64,000 nucleotides of DNA from Eukaryota sp. GEM-RC1 (lineage: Eukaryota). The notes below the pieces were generated by a model. That model was given only the letters and a program-made list of their open reading frames with translations, did no database searches and had not been told where the DNA came from. The stretch spans positions 1,612,001-1,676,000 of the forward strand of contig JAUFOQ010000003.1 of NCBI GenBank assembly GCA_040285855.1, read 5' to 3'. Positions 22,682 to 32,911 of the stretch are shown here, one piece after another. A program made the translations under genes and the position numbers. The number at the start of each line of letters is the position of its first letter. Within the stretch, counting starts at the first letter, position 1.

Positions 22682-22791
22682 ATCTATGAAGTTAGCTCGT
22701 TTTAAAAGACTTTGCGAATGAGGACTTTGTCAACTGTGGTTTATCTCATGAAAATGCTGAAGGGTTATGCCCTTATGCATTTGGAATGAAA
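22682..22791 (+). ncRNA. Candidate Fanzor omega-RNA scaffold
   Basis: Directly after the Fanzor stop. Stem atgag(22718-22722)/ctcat(22745-22749); hairpin aaatgc(22752-57)...aaggg-ttatg-ccctt...gcattt(22777-82); then ggaatgaaa. Boundaries inferred. Confidence 0.5.
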
Positions 22792-23728
22792 TTCACAGTA
22801 ATGTACAGTAGTAAATTATAAAAAACGAAGAAACAAAAGAGAAAGTAGCAATGCGTCATTCGTCTACTCCCAAAATATTTTGTCTATCGCCTCTCCCAAT
22901 TTCCAAAAAGGTACGTGAAACCGCCAAATCCTACAACTTGTCTCCAAATGAAGATAATGGCGTGGAACAACTAATAACAGTATGCATTTGAAGTGAAAGC
23001 GGGCAGACACTATTTCTGCTTTAAATCACTACACTAGTTGTAAAAATATATTTTGCTATGATATACAGAAAGATGAAGCAGTCTATAGATTGAAGCATAT
23101 GTTGGAGTGAACCGAAATTGAACTTCCTTCGAGGCATTCTTGTTTTAATTCATAAATTCTACTGACCCATGGCCTTGTATTTAAAGAGTTATTTCCCAAA
23201 AAAAGAAGTCCAACTGTTCATACTAGTACTGATATTCAACAAGTACAATAATTAAACATGATTTTATGATCAGTAATTTAGGTAAATGATCAATAATGAG
23301 TTGGCAAAACCGCGAATTGAAGGTATGTTGTGTGATGATTGTACTCATACTTTGAATGTTATTACGTTTATTGTTTCCATTTGTGTAGTATTTGACTGTA
23401 TTTCGTCCTACAACGTAAAAAGTTAAGTAAGCAAAGTAAATAAATCAAAATTGTCCAACTCGATATCAATATTATTTGGATAGAATGTGCTTGTTACAGT
23501 GAAACAGTTACACACCACATTTGAGCATGACGAAGATTGAGAACTAATGGTCATGGTGCAGTAGTTGTTTTCGTTAACAAGTGCTTCAGTACCATAAATA
23601 AGTTATTGACTCATGCGTTTGATTTGATTTCGCAAAATAACGGATTAACGATTTATAGAGGAAGGAAAAGACAGTTTATCCAAGGAGAAATTCTCTCCAA
23701 GACTTCTCTTGAATTCATCCCCTCACAC

Positions 23729-24187
23729 ATGTTCTTCTTACGAAAACCCAAACAGCAACTCACACCGTCAGAATCAATCAAATTCATCCTGGCTACATCC
23801 ACAAAGGCTGCTGTTAGCGGGTTTCTGAGTGGTTTTGCATATGAACTTTTTCACAGTACAGTTAAGGGAGCAATAACGCCGAAAGCGGCGATACCCTTAC
23901 GCGATCGAACGTTTAATGCCATTATTGCTGGAAGACAAATGAGTTTGACCAGTTCTCTCTTCGCAGGAATGGAATCTTCGCTCATGTGTTTGACGAAACA
24001 TGAAGGTTCCGCCTTGTCTGCCGCTTCAGCTGGTATTAGTGCATTGGTGATAAACAAAGGTCCCGTCAAGACCAAACTCATGAATGCTTCTTCTTTCATG
24101 ATCATGACACTGAGTACAGACCTCCTTTGTGGGAAACCTTTCTACCAAAAACTGGATTTCAGTTCGATTCATGACGAGTACTGTTGA
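23729..24187 (+). CDS. Tim17/Tim22/Tim23-family membrane translocase-like protein
   Basis: ~152 aa from ATG 23729; Gly-rich TMs AAVSGFLSG and GRQMSLTSSLFAGMESSLMCLTKHEGSALSAASAG, matching the Tim17-family pattern. Confidence 0.55.
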   Translation: MFFLRKPKQQLTPSESIKFILATSTKAAVSGFLSGFAYELFHSTVKGAITPKAAIPLRDRTFNAIIAGRQMSLTSSLFAGMESSLMCLTKHEGSALSAASAGISALVINKGPVKTKLMNASSFMIMTLSTDLLCGKPFYQKLDFSSIHDEYC

Positions 24188-24401
24188 GCAATTGCACCTC
24201 CTCCAACCCATGCACCTCCTCCAATTTATGTATAGATGGGGTGGTTAAATCATATCCCCTTTGTACTTTGTTTTTTTTTGGACAATGTAATAAACATCAT
24301 GCTTTTTTAATGTTTATTTTCTAGATGCAACACAGAAATGATTTACACTGTGGTTTCTATAGTGAGCGTGTTGTAACAAACTTGTCAATAAATGCTTAAA
24401 C

Positions 24402-25067
24402 CAGGGGTGGGAAAACAATATTGCTCTTCCAATAGTGCAATAAATATTGCTCCAATATTTATTTCCGCTCTTTGAGGTGGACCAATATTTATTGTTGCAC
24501 CGGTTAACTATTGCAATATTGCTAATAACTTTTAGTTGTTCATTTTGTTGTTGTACTTCTCCACTTGGACTCCCAAAACCCGTTTTGGTGCCTTATGTGT
24601 TTAAATATAGTGAGAGTTGATTATTCGGTGATGATTTCTAGTTGTTGTCTTATCATAATGTCTGTCATTTGAGCTCATTTCGAGTGTTTCCTGAAGTGCA
24701 ATGTAAATTCTTTCTTCTGAAGCCATTTTCTCTGAAGCCCTCCAGATAATGATTCAAGATAACAGTGATTTTTGGGATCAAGCTACTGTAAGACTTATCA
24801 TGAGCAGTAAAAACAATCGAAGATGTAGATAATGGTATTGACTCAACACCAATATCTTCATCTTCGATACTATTCTCAAGACTATTGAGATTATTTCCGA
24901 TATTTCTGATTATGAACAATAGAATCTGCGGGTTTTTCGTAATAAATACATAATATGATTCTTATTGTTGCAATATTTATTGGTACTATTTCAGAAATTG
25001 CAATATTTATTTTGTGGCTAATATACAGTATGTTTATATTTATTGCAATATTGTTTTCCCACCCCTG
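24402..25067. mobile_element. Non-autonomous hAT element (MITE), 666 bp
   Basis: Perfect 23-bp TIR caggggtgggaaaacaatattgc; 8-bp TSD GCTTAAAC (24394-24401, 25068-25075); subterminal (a)atattgc repeats. Confidence 0.92.
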
Positions 25068-25700
25068 GCTTAAACACCAGTTACAATATCAATAAGTTGT
25101 TTATACTAACATCTACACGTACTAGTATTAAACAAACGGGGTTTATGATCAATCATCTATTACAACTCGAACAAAATTCTTGAAGATAATTCCATATGTC
25201 AAAAAGTCATTTTACTGACTGAATTTATAGCACAAAAACGTCTTTTCAGTTTTCAGTTTAGACTTTTGTTTGGCTCATTTGTTTTGTTGCAACTACATTT
25301 CGATATTGGGCAGTTGGTTTAACAGTTTTAATAGTCTCTACATTTCGTTTCATATTGTGTGGATGTTTCAGTACATAACAGTTCTTTGCAACTTAATGAG
25401 AATATTTACACACATTGCAAAAAACACATCTTTTCTGCAAAAAACTATTGACACAGTATGTAAAAGAATTCAAAGTCAAAGTCACTAGTGGAATGGGAAA
25501 TGAATAATTTGTTTATTTTAAAAGTCAAACATCTTCAATAGAAAACAACAAAAAGTATCTTCAATCAATCAAAACAATCAATCAATTAGCAGTTACAACC
25601 ACAAGAATAAGTAAGTAAAATAACATTACAGTCCAATCGAACAAAGAAAGCTCAATAGAAAACGACATTAGTAGAAAACAACGAAAACACCGTCATCAAA

Positions 25701-28700
25701 TTAATCCATATCATCCAAATTTTTCAAAATATCTCTCCACGTCACTTTTGAGTGTGATTGCCTGCCTCTTTTAAGAGGAAACTCTTGTAAATCCTCACAC
25801 CCTACAGATCGCGTTGATCCATGGCTACAAATCATTAAATCAAAGCTTTCAGGAGTAAAAACAAATTGTCTAGTCGATGTATCCAATCGAACCTGTAAAT
25901 TCCCAAATACAAAAGGGAAATCGGTAAACTCAAACATTGTCCTCTTTAAAAAAGGTCTGACGTGGCAGGACAACATGGGATGACATCGTTTCCTCGATTT
26001 CCAATGAGGTAGAGTTCTCCAAGGTACAGATTTTTGAAAAAACTCATCACCAACTCGAATATTTAAACTTTGTAATCGTTCAACTTGCACTTCATCTTCA
26101 ACATAATTAAAAGATTTAATAATTGATTCGTCACAAGTCGTTTGAATCAGACCCCCGGGTAACCTCGGGCTAGGAGTGGAAAACAAAACACCAAGAATAG
26201 ATATAGTAATTCTTAAAGGGCAGTGACCTACACGCACGTCAAACAGACACTTATCAGATCCAATCAACGACATCGCGTGATGACGATATTCAGAAGCAAA
26301 TGATTGAAAAATTTCAGATGATAATTGAGGTTTTCCTGGTTTAGCAGATGGTACCAGATATCCATCACCATGTTCAGCAAGAAGCTGATTAGAAACAAAG
26401 GAATGAAGATCAACTAACTGACACGCGAGAGTTGATCGTGTCTTGATAATGATAATCTGGACAACGACTCTTCTTGCCACAACTGGTAGTACTGCAAGAG
26501 GAAAGAAGTTCAATGGACCAAAGAAAGTTGGTAAAAACGAGTCAAAATCTCGCTGATTACTACTGGAAAGAGAGAAAGACAGAAGTTGGCGGCAGAACTC
26601 TTCAAAAGTAGAAACACCAAGATTCTTTGGCAGGGGGTCTAATTCAGGATTACTAACGATATCTCGACAGTTCTTATGGAGTTCCTGTTGTCGACACATT
26701 GTAAAAGCAATAGCCAACCGATCAAAAAGATTGATAACAGTCGGAACAAAACCACGAGTGTCAAATCACAATAAATCAGATTGATTGGTTCCCCGTCATC
26801 ACCAGTACCAGGAGAAGGGATCTCATGAGGGTTGTCATCATTAACAACATAGTGAGGGTTAAAAACCTTTGCATTTGCCCTCCAGACTTGCTTTAACGGC
26901 AGTGAATCAGGAGGTAGGTTCAGGTCAAACTCTGACTCCTCAAAGTTCTTAACAACGTCAGCAACTTCCTCAGTTCCGACGTTCATTCCAAAGAACGACG
27001 AACCCAAGAATCTCAGAATGAACTGAGTTACCACGGTGGAGCTCTCCTGAAGACCGGCTGAGATGGCGGCCAGCACGGCAATTCCCTTTTCAATTACTAC
27101 GGGATGTCTAATGACTGACTCGTAAGTTACTGGAAACTCTCCAAAGCCCAAGGAATCCATGATGACACGAGAGTCGGTCGGATCAGGATTAAGAGTTTCA
27201 TCTGGATATTCTCCAAGAGATTTCATTAGTTCAACATGCTTTTCACTTAAATCGTGGTGAATTACTAGAGGTTTGCATAGTTCAAAATCTTGTTCTTTAA
27301 TCTGGTCTAATTCACAATTAACAGCCTGTTCGTATGAAACTTCAATTGTTTCACGCCAATGTGGTGACAATTCAGTTTTCAAAGACATTAGCTCAGAATG
27401 TTTTGATTTTAATCGGTTTAAAACAATCGGTATCGTGACATCAGGATGTTTGTAAATATTATCAATAATTTCGTCAGCTTTTGAGCCATACTCACGACGT
27501 AGAATGTACTGGTAAATAGGGGATATCGTCTCAGCAAAATAGCTCTGTGGGGAATCAACATACTTCGACACAACTTCACTCAAACGTGACATGACCTCCA
27601 CTTTCCTAATTAGAGCGACTGTCAAATCAATCATCATATTGAGCTCACTTATATCATCTTCGTTTTTAGTAAGTGTGTTGTACAGCACAGTCATTGCTGA
27701 CATCACGCGACCATGTGCAAGACCTCCACTTTCACTTCCTGCTGGTGCTGAAACAATCGTATCATTCAATACTGATTCCTCCAGCTTCCCTCTTCCTGAA
27801 CACTTTGGATGAATGTAGTCAACAGGGAGGGCTCTGTAAGAAGGGGTTACTTTGGACAACTTCTCTTTGAAACCAGGAGTAGCTGCTAGCAGAGCAGCAT
27901 TGGATTGAAGAACTTCGCGATCATTAGAAAGAAGAGCTTGTAGAGAATCAACAACATAAGTGTGATCCTTAAAGATCTCACGCCATAGTTGCAAGACATC
28001 GTCATCAGTGAAAACTTCCAAAGTGTAAAGCTCTAGTGTTTTTAAAAAGGAAGACCATAGACCAGGTTGTGTTGAGAGAACTCTTTTGGCTGATGAAAGG
28101 ATGGCGTGTTCTTCATGACGTAGGATGATGTCATCGGTGGTAAGAGGCATGATAGTACCATAGGGAGCATGTGGGATTTCCTTAGCCTTTGGCGGTGGAC
28201 GTTTACGGGGTTTGGGTTTGATGTCTTCAAGTTGGATTTCTGGGGCAGGAGCTCCTGTAAGTCTACGAGAGCTTCGCTTAGGGGGGAGGAGAGGGAAGTT
28301 CTTCAGGAAGGTCCATATCGAAGCTTTCTGCAGTGGGTTGAGGAAGAGACTCTAGATAGTGAGATGAGAGAGACTGTGGACGATAGGAAAAGGGAAGGAA
28401 CTGAATCCATGACACCAGGAGGTCTGCAGAATCTGCTTTCAGAAGATCAAGCATATCGGCATCGATATCAGCAATTGACCGGGAATCAGTGGTGAACTCC
28501 TTGATAAGACCATATATGATAGATAGACGATCTGTATCGTAGGTAAACCGTTCCTTGACAGTAAGGATAAATTTTGTAGCTTCGGAGTAAAGATCACGAT
28601 CCACAGCATTAAGATCGTTTTCAGAGTAGAAGGATTCATGAAGAGGGTGAGTAGTTTCAGTAATATTCGAGTCAGCGATAGGTTCTTGTTCCGTTATAGG

Positions 28701-29006
28701 AGAAGACGATATTCCCTGGATATGCTCCAGAGGTATCTCTTTGCCCTCATACAGTTCAAAGACCTCAGGAAGTGGCATTTTGTAGCCTTCAGGTAGAAAG
28801 AAGTTGAAGCCTTGGGCAAGATGGGGGTGTTCTTTAAGAAGATCACAAACTCCATGGATAACAGTGTTCGTGTCAATCTTAGTAGTGGTAAAGTCATTAA
28901 GAATACGAACAAAGTGGTCATACTTATCTGGTCCCAGCACAGCAGACACTTCATGGATGTAACGCATCGCTTCCTCACGAACTTTGTTCTTTGAATCCTC
29001 AGACAT
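25701..29006 (-). CDS. SIN3: Sin3-like transcriptional corepressor (PAH domains + HDAC-interaction domain); frameshifts near 28280 and 26720
   Basis: PAH: EAMRYIHEV...YDHFVRILNDF...VCDLLKEHPHLAQGFNFFLPEGY. HID: TPSYRALP...CSGR...VLNDTIVSAPAGSE; HPDVTIPIVLNRLKSK. Confidence 0.9.
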
Positions 29007-29457
29007 TAAGACTATTATAGCAAGAAGGGTACAAAACTTTGATTGACAAATTGCAAAATTGATTGAGGTTTCGACCGACAGTAACTCTTCCTCAACCAAG
29101 GACTGAAAGATCATTGTCACACGCCTGTAGAGTTGAATCTGCGAAACATTCGATCGGCAATAAGCAATAAACATCTTGCAAAAGTAACTCCAAGGTTAAC
29201 TCACAAGGAACTGAATCAATAGGAGAAACATTATCCGTTAGAAGAGAAACGAAATATGTCAACGTTCCAAATAGTAGATTTGGACTGTGGTTGTGATGTG
29301 CGGTTTAGTCAATTTATAATAAGTGTGTGTCTTCATTCTATCATTAAATTAACAATTCACTAACAAGTCACTAAAAAACACTATCATTTGAAAAAAAACC
29401 GTCCGAGCAATCAATAAACAAAGATGCTACCAAATATAAATATAAAAAGTACACAAA

Positions 29458-30558
29458 CTAATGCAAAACAAGCTCCTCAACTAGCTCAAACGGATCTTCT
29501 GTTAACTCTCCCCTTAAAGACCGAACCATGAGACTTTTAATTGCTTTCGTATCTAAACCCAAACTCAAAAGCCAACTCAACTTAGTAAAAGCAGCTTCAG
29601 GAGTCATGTCCATTGCTCCAACACATCCCACTTTAGCCATGGAGCTACCAGTAGCATAATGTTCCAAATCAACAAATCCTCTAAAACATTGACTAGCATC
29701 CACCAAAACAACTCCGCGATCACTGGCCTTCTTTAAAGTCTCCATGAAGTCCTTCTTCTCATCAGGACCATTACCCATTCCAAAAGCAAGAATGACGAGT
29801 CCTTTAATGTGTGGTTCAAGGATGGTTTCGAGATATTGCTTTGTAATCGAAGGGAATAGGTAGACGATGGCTACATTAGAGTGGAAAGTTCCAGATGAAA
29901 GTTTCAAGGGAGATGTTGGATACGGAAGAATATGATGACGTGATAATCTGAAGCTACCTCCCCACTCTCCCAGGATAGGATACTGGCCAGAAACAAAAGC
30001 AGAAAGATCCCAGTTAGAGAACTTGCGAACTCGATTTCCACGGAATAGTTGGTTGTTGAAGAAGACAGTGACTTCTGGGATGTGGTATTTCCCAGCGATG
30101 ATCATGGAACCAATGAGATTGTTCCACCCATCGCTGTATGTCTCTACTAAAGGAATTTGAGATCCTGTAACAACAACAGTTTTGTTGAGATGCTGCAGCA
30201 GAAATGAAAGGGCAGAGGAAGTGTAAGCAAGAGTATCAGTTCCATGAATGACCACAAATCCATCATACTTATCGTAATTATCGAAGATATCCTGAGCGAT
30301 CCGAATCCAATGAGTGGAGTTGATATTGGAGGAATCGAGAAGGGGGGCGTACTCTAGCATGGTGTATGATACGTTGAGCAATGGGTCGTTTATTTGAGGG
30401 TAAGATGCAATGAGTTCACCAAGATAGCCAGGAATCGGAGCATAATGACCATCAACGGTTTTCATGCCGATGGTACCACCTGTATAAATGAATAAGACAT
30501 TAGAACAGTAGGCAAAGGTGACAATGCATATGAAGAACAGTAGATGTCCTAGGTGCAT
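29458..30558 (-). CDS. L-asparaginase, type I (AnsA-like), with predicted signal peptide
   Basis: IYTGGTIGM, DSSNI, HGTDTLAY, VTGSQIP, RGNR, DMTPEAAFTKL, RGELT; N-terminus MHLGHLLFFICIVTFAYC. Confidence 0.9.
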   Translation of the reverse strand: MHLGHLLFFICIVTFAYCSNVLFIYTGGTIGMKTVDGHYAPIPGYLGELIASYPQINDPLLNVSYTMLEYAPLLDSSNINSTHWIRIAQDIFDNYDKYDGFVVIHGTDTLAYTSSALSFLLQHLNKTVVVTGSQIPLVETYSDGWNNLIGSMIIAGKYHIPEVTVFFNNQLFRGNRVRKFSNWDLSAFVSGQYPILGEWGGSFRLSRHHILPYPTSPLKLSSGTFHSNVAIVYLFPSITKQYLETILEPHIKGLVILAFGMGNGPDEKKDFMETLKKASDRGVVLVDASQCFRGFVDLEHYATGSSMAKVGCVGAMDMTPEAAFTKLSWLLSLGLDTKAIKSLMVRSLRGELTEDPFELVEELVLH

Positions 30559-30969
30559 TTGTTTCCAAGTCAAAACTGAAAAGAGATTTCTGTTTTCCTT
30601 GTTTGTCAGCAACCTTTAAATAATTAGTTTAGTCTGGACATGTATAGTGATTGTTAGTCCCACTCTGTTAGTTTAATCTCGTCATTTAACAAAAAGAATT
30701 GAATCTTGGAAATTACGAGGAAATAGTTGGAAATGTCTAGACTGAGAGAAACAGTAAAAGAGTTTATCGATGAAGGCACAAAAATACATACCATAATAAA
30801 AGCTAAGAAACACTAGACACAGAATATTCCTCATCAACAGTGTTTCTCAATTACAACCAATATTTGTGGAGTGTGAACACTACGCCAAATTGTTAAACCA
30901 AATCCACTTAATGTCAGGTTGATACTTTCAATGATAGTGAATGATAGAAGAAAAGTTCAGTGCATCTTT

Positions 30970-31494
30970 TCATGTTATGACGTGTGAAACAATAAAAGTT
31001 ATTTAAATCATAAATTTAAGGCTAATGGTTTTCATGCAAAAATTGAACCTTTATTTGCTAATCTTTCTGATCAGCCAAAAGTTGATAGAAGTCGTGGTGA
31101 TTTGATTGGTCATTGGTTATCTTGTCAGGAAATTATTATGGATTTCACGACTGTTGATCCTTGTAATTCAAGATCAATTTCCAAAAATTTTGATGATGAT
31201 TTTTCTGCTCTTAAAGTGGCTGAAAAAGGAGAAAATTCAAGGTACTGTCACTTAATTAACCAATTGAATGTTGACAGGTACAATTCTTTTGTGTTTCAAC
31301 CCTTTGCGATGTCGATATACGGTAATATTGGGCCAGCTGCACAAGGTTTTTTAATTTCCTTTGATAAATTGCGTTCTGAGTATGGTAAAGCTTTCAATGA
31401 AAATTTTTGGTTGAGTAGGTTAACGTTTGCGTTGTTTCGTTCAATGCACAGATATTTTAATTCAATTTTAGGTAAGTTGTTCGGTGATGGATAG
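30970..31494 (+). pseudogene. 3' fragment of a non-LTR retrotransposon with restriction-like endonuclease (CRE/SLACS-like)
   Basis: KIEPLF...RGDLI...IMDFTTVDP...AEKGENSRY...FQPFAMSIYGNIGPAAQGFL fits the RLE C-terminal pattern EP..R.D...D.T...AE..K..KY...PF....G..G. Confidence 0.6.
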
Positions 31495-31736
31495 AAGGAT
31501 CATAGTTTAGATACTTTAGTTAGTGTCTGTTAGTTATTAACTTCTGCAAATGCATTTATTTCACTGACTCATCATAAACCCCGTTTTTTTAAATCATTGC
31601 AATTATTTATTACTGTGTTGAAAATACGACAATGATTATTCTATTGTACTAAAATACGGCAGTTAATGATTTTATGTTATTCAGAGTGCAATAATCTATT
31701 TTCATTCTTTTTAACAGCCCTGATGTAAACTATGAT

Positions 31737-32110
31737 ATGAAATATCCTTTAAACATTGCTGAAAATAACAACCAAAGAAAGTATGCTGATCCTTTGAAAG
31801 AAATGAAACACATTGCCCCTGTTGAATATTTACTTGTCCCATTTGCGATTTCCATATATGGTAGATTAGGCAAATTGGCCTTGAAGTTCCTTGATGAATT
31901 TGCAAAGGTTGTAGCCCGTAGAACTAACAAAATATTTGATCGTTCTTTTGGCAGAACCGAATTGTCTTTACGATTCTAAAGGCAGTTCCCACAATGATTT
32001 CAAAAGCTTTGTTATCCCTAAGTGTGTTTTATGAAGACAAAGCTTCAACAAGGTTCGATTCGAAGGAATCTTTTTTGATCACATTGAGTATTAGATCATC
32101 TTTTTTTATT
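31737..32110 (+). pseudogene. Second, shorter RLE non-LTR retrotransposon 3' remnant
   Basis: AENNNQRKY...LVPFAISIYGRLGKLALKFL is homologous to the preceding fragment. Confidence 0.5.
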
Positions 32111-32759
32111 TTCGAAAAAATGTATTTTTTCAAATAACACAATTAAAACGGTTCTCTATACAACATTACCCGATGTTAAAATTAATTAATAGATTGAGAG
32201 AATTCGAATACAAAAATCGTTTGGTTAGTAGCAGTAAGATCCAATTGATGCTTACGTTGGTGGCTCCAAGTTAATGAACTGGAATTACACAAACAACAGT
32301 TATTGAATTACTATATGTCTGTTCCTCCTAGTCTCAAGTAGATCTTGATTCGCTGCCAAAGAACCCAACTTGTAAAGTTTCTCAACTGATCCAGAAATGG
32401 GAAGGCATATTGAGATGAATGGAAAACACAATACGGATTTTCCATTGAGACATTCTAAAACACAAAATGAAATAGTCCTTAGTTAAAGTGCTGCGGAACG
32501 TCCAAAGTGTTACTACATGTATGGATAAGTTTTGAGGAAACTGGATCATAATGTGTATTCAAACAGAATCAACGTTATAATCATTGAATCCAAATGCAGT
32601 GATGGTGTTTCTTGAGAATTCTTGAGAAATCTTCTACACCGATTGTTTCAATTAGTCACACTGAGACTAATACCGTACATCATTTTCATTTGTCACATAT
32701 CGGAATTAGTCTCACCGAGACTAATTTCTAGTGAGAGTAAGTGCAAATAGTCTCACTGA

Positions 32760-32861
32760 TGTTGGCCACAGGTGTTATGATGTGGCAGTGTTGAAGTATG
32801 GTGTTGCCATTTATAAAATATATTATCCTTTCCCCTTGCATGTCTACCTTTACAGGTATCA
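32760..32861 (+). repeat. 5' LTR
   Basis: tgttggccac...caggtatca, identical to 39297-39398. Confidence 0.95.
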
Positions 32862-32911
32862 ATAATTATTGTCCTTCTCGTGGTAGAAGCGACGAAGATT
32901 CGACAGCTCGT

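Larger units (their letters stand above)
16719..22790 (+). mobile_element. Fanzor1-encoding element (ends not defined): repeats - 2A - SENP8/Ulp1-like protease - PolB-exonuclease-like - Fanzor - CCHC - candidate omega-RNA
   Basis: Collinear same-strand ORFs 16719-22681 joined by 1-nt shifts, those examined at A-runs; domain motifs listed in the sub-features. No TIR or TSD established. Confidence 0.7.

Noticed and set aside
22850..23200. Possible decayed Harbinger-like transposase on the minus strand next to Fanzor
   Set aside because: Only a faint SIDC-like motif amid many stops; not supportable without a profile search.
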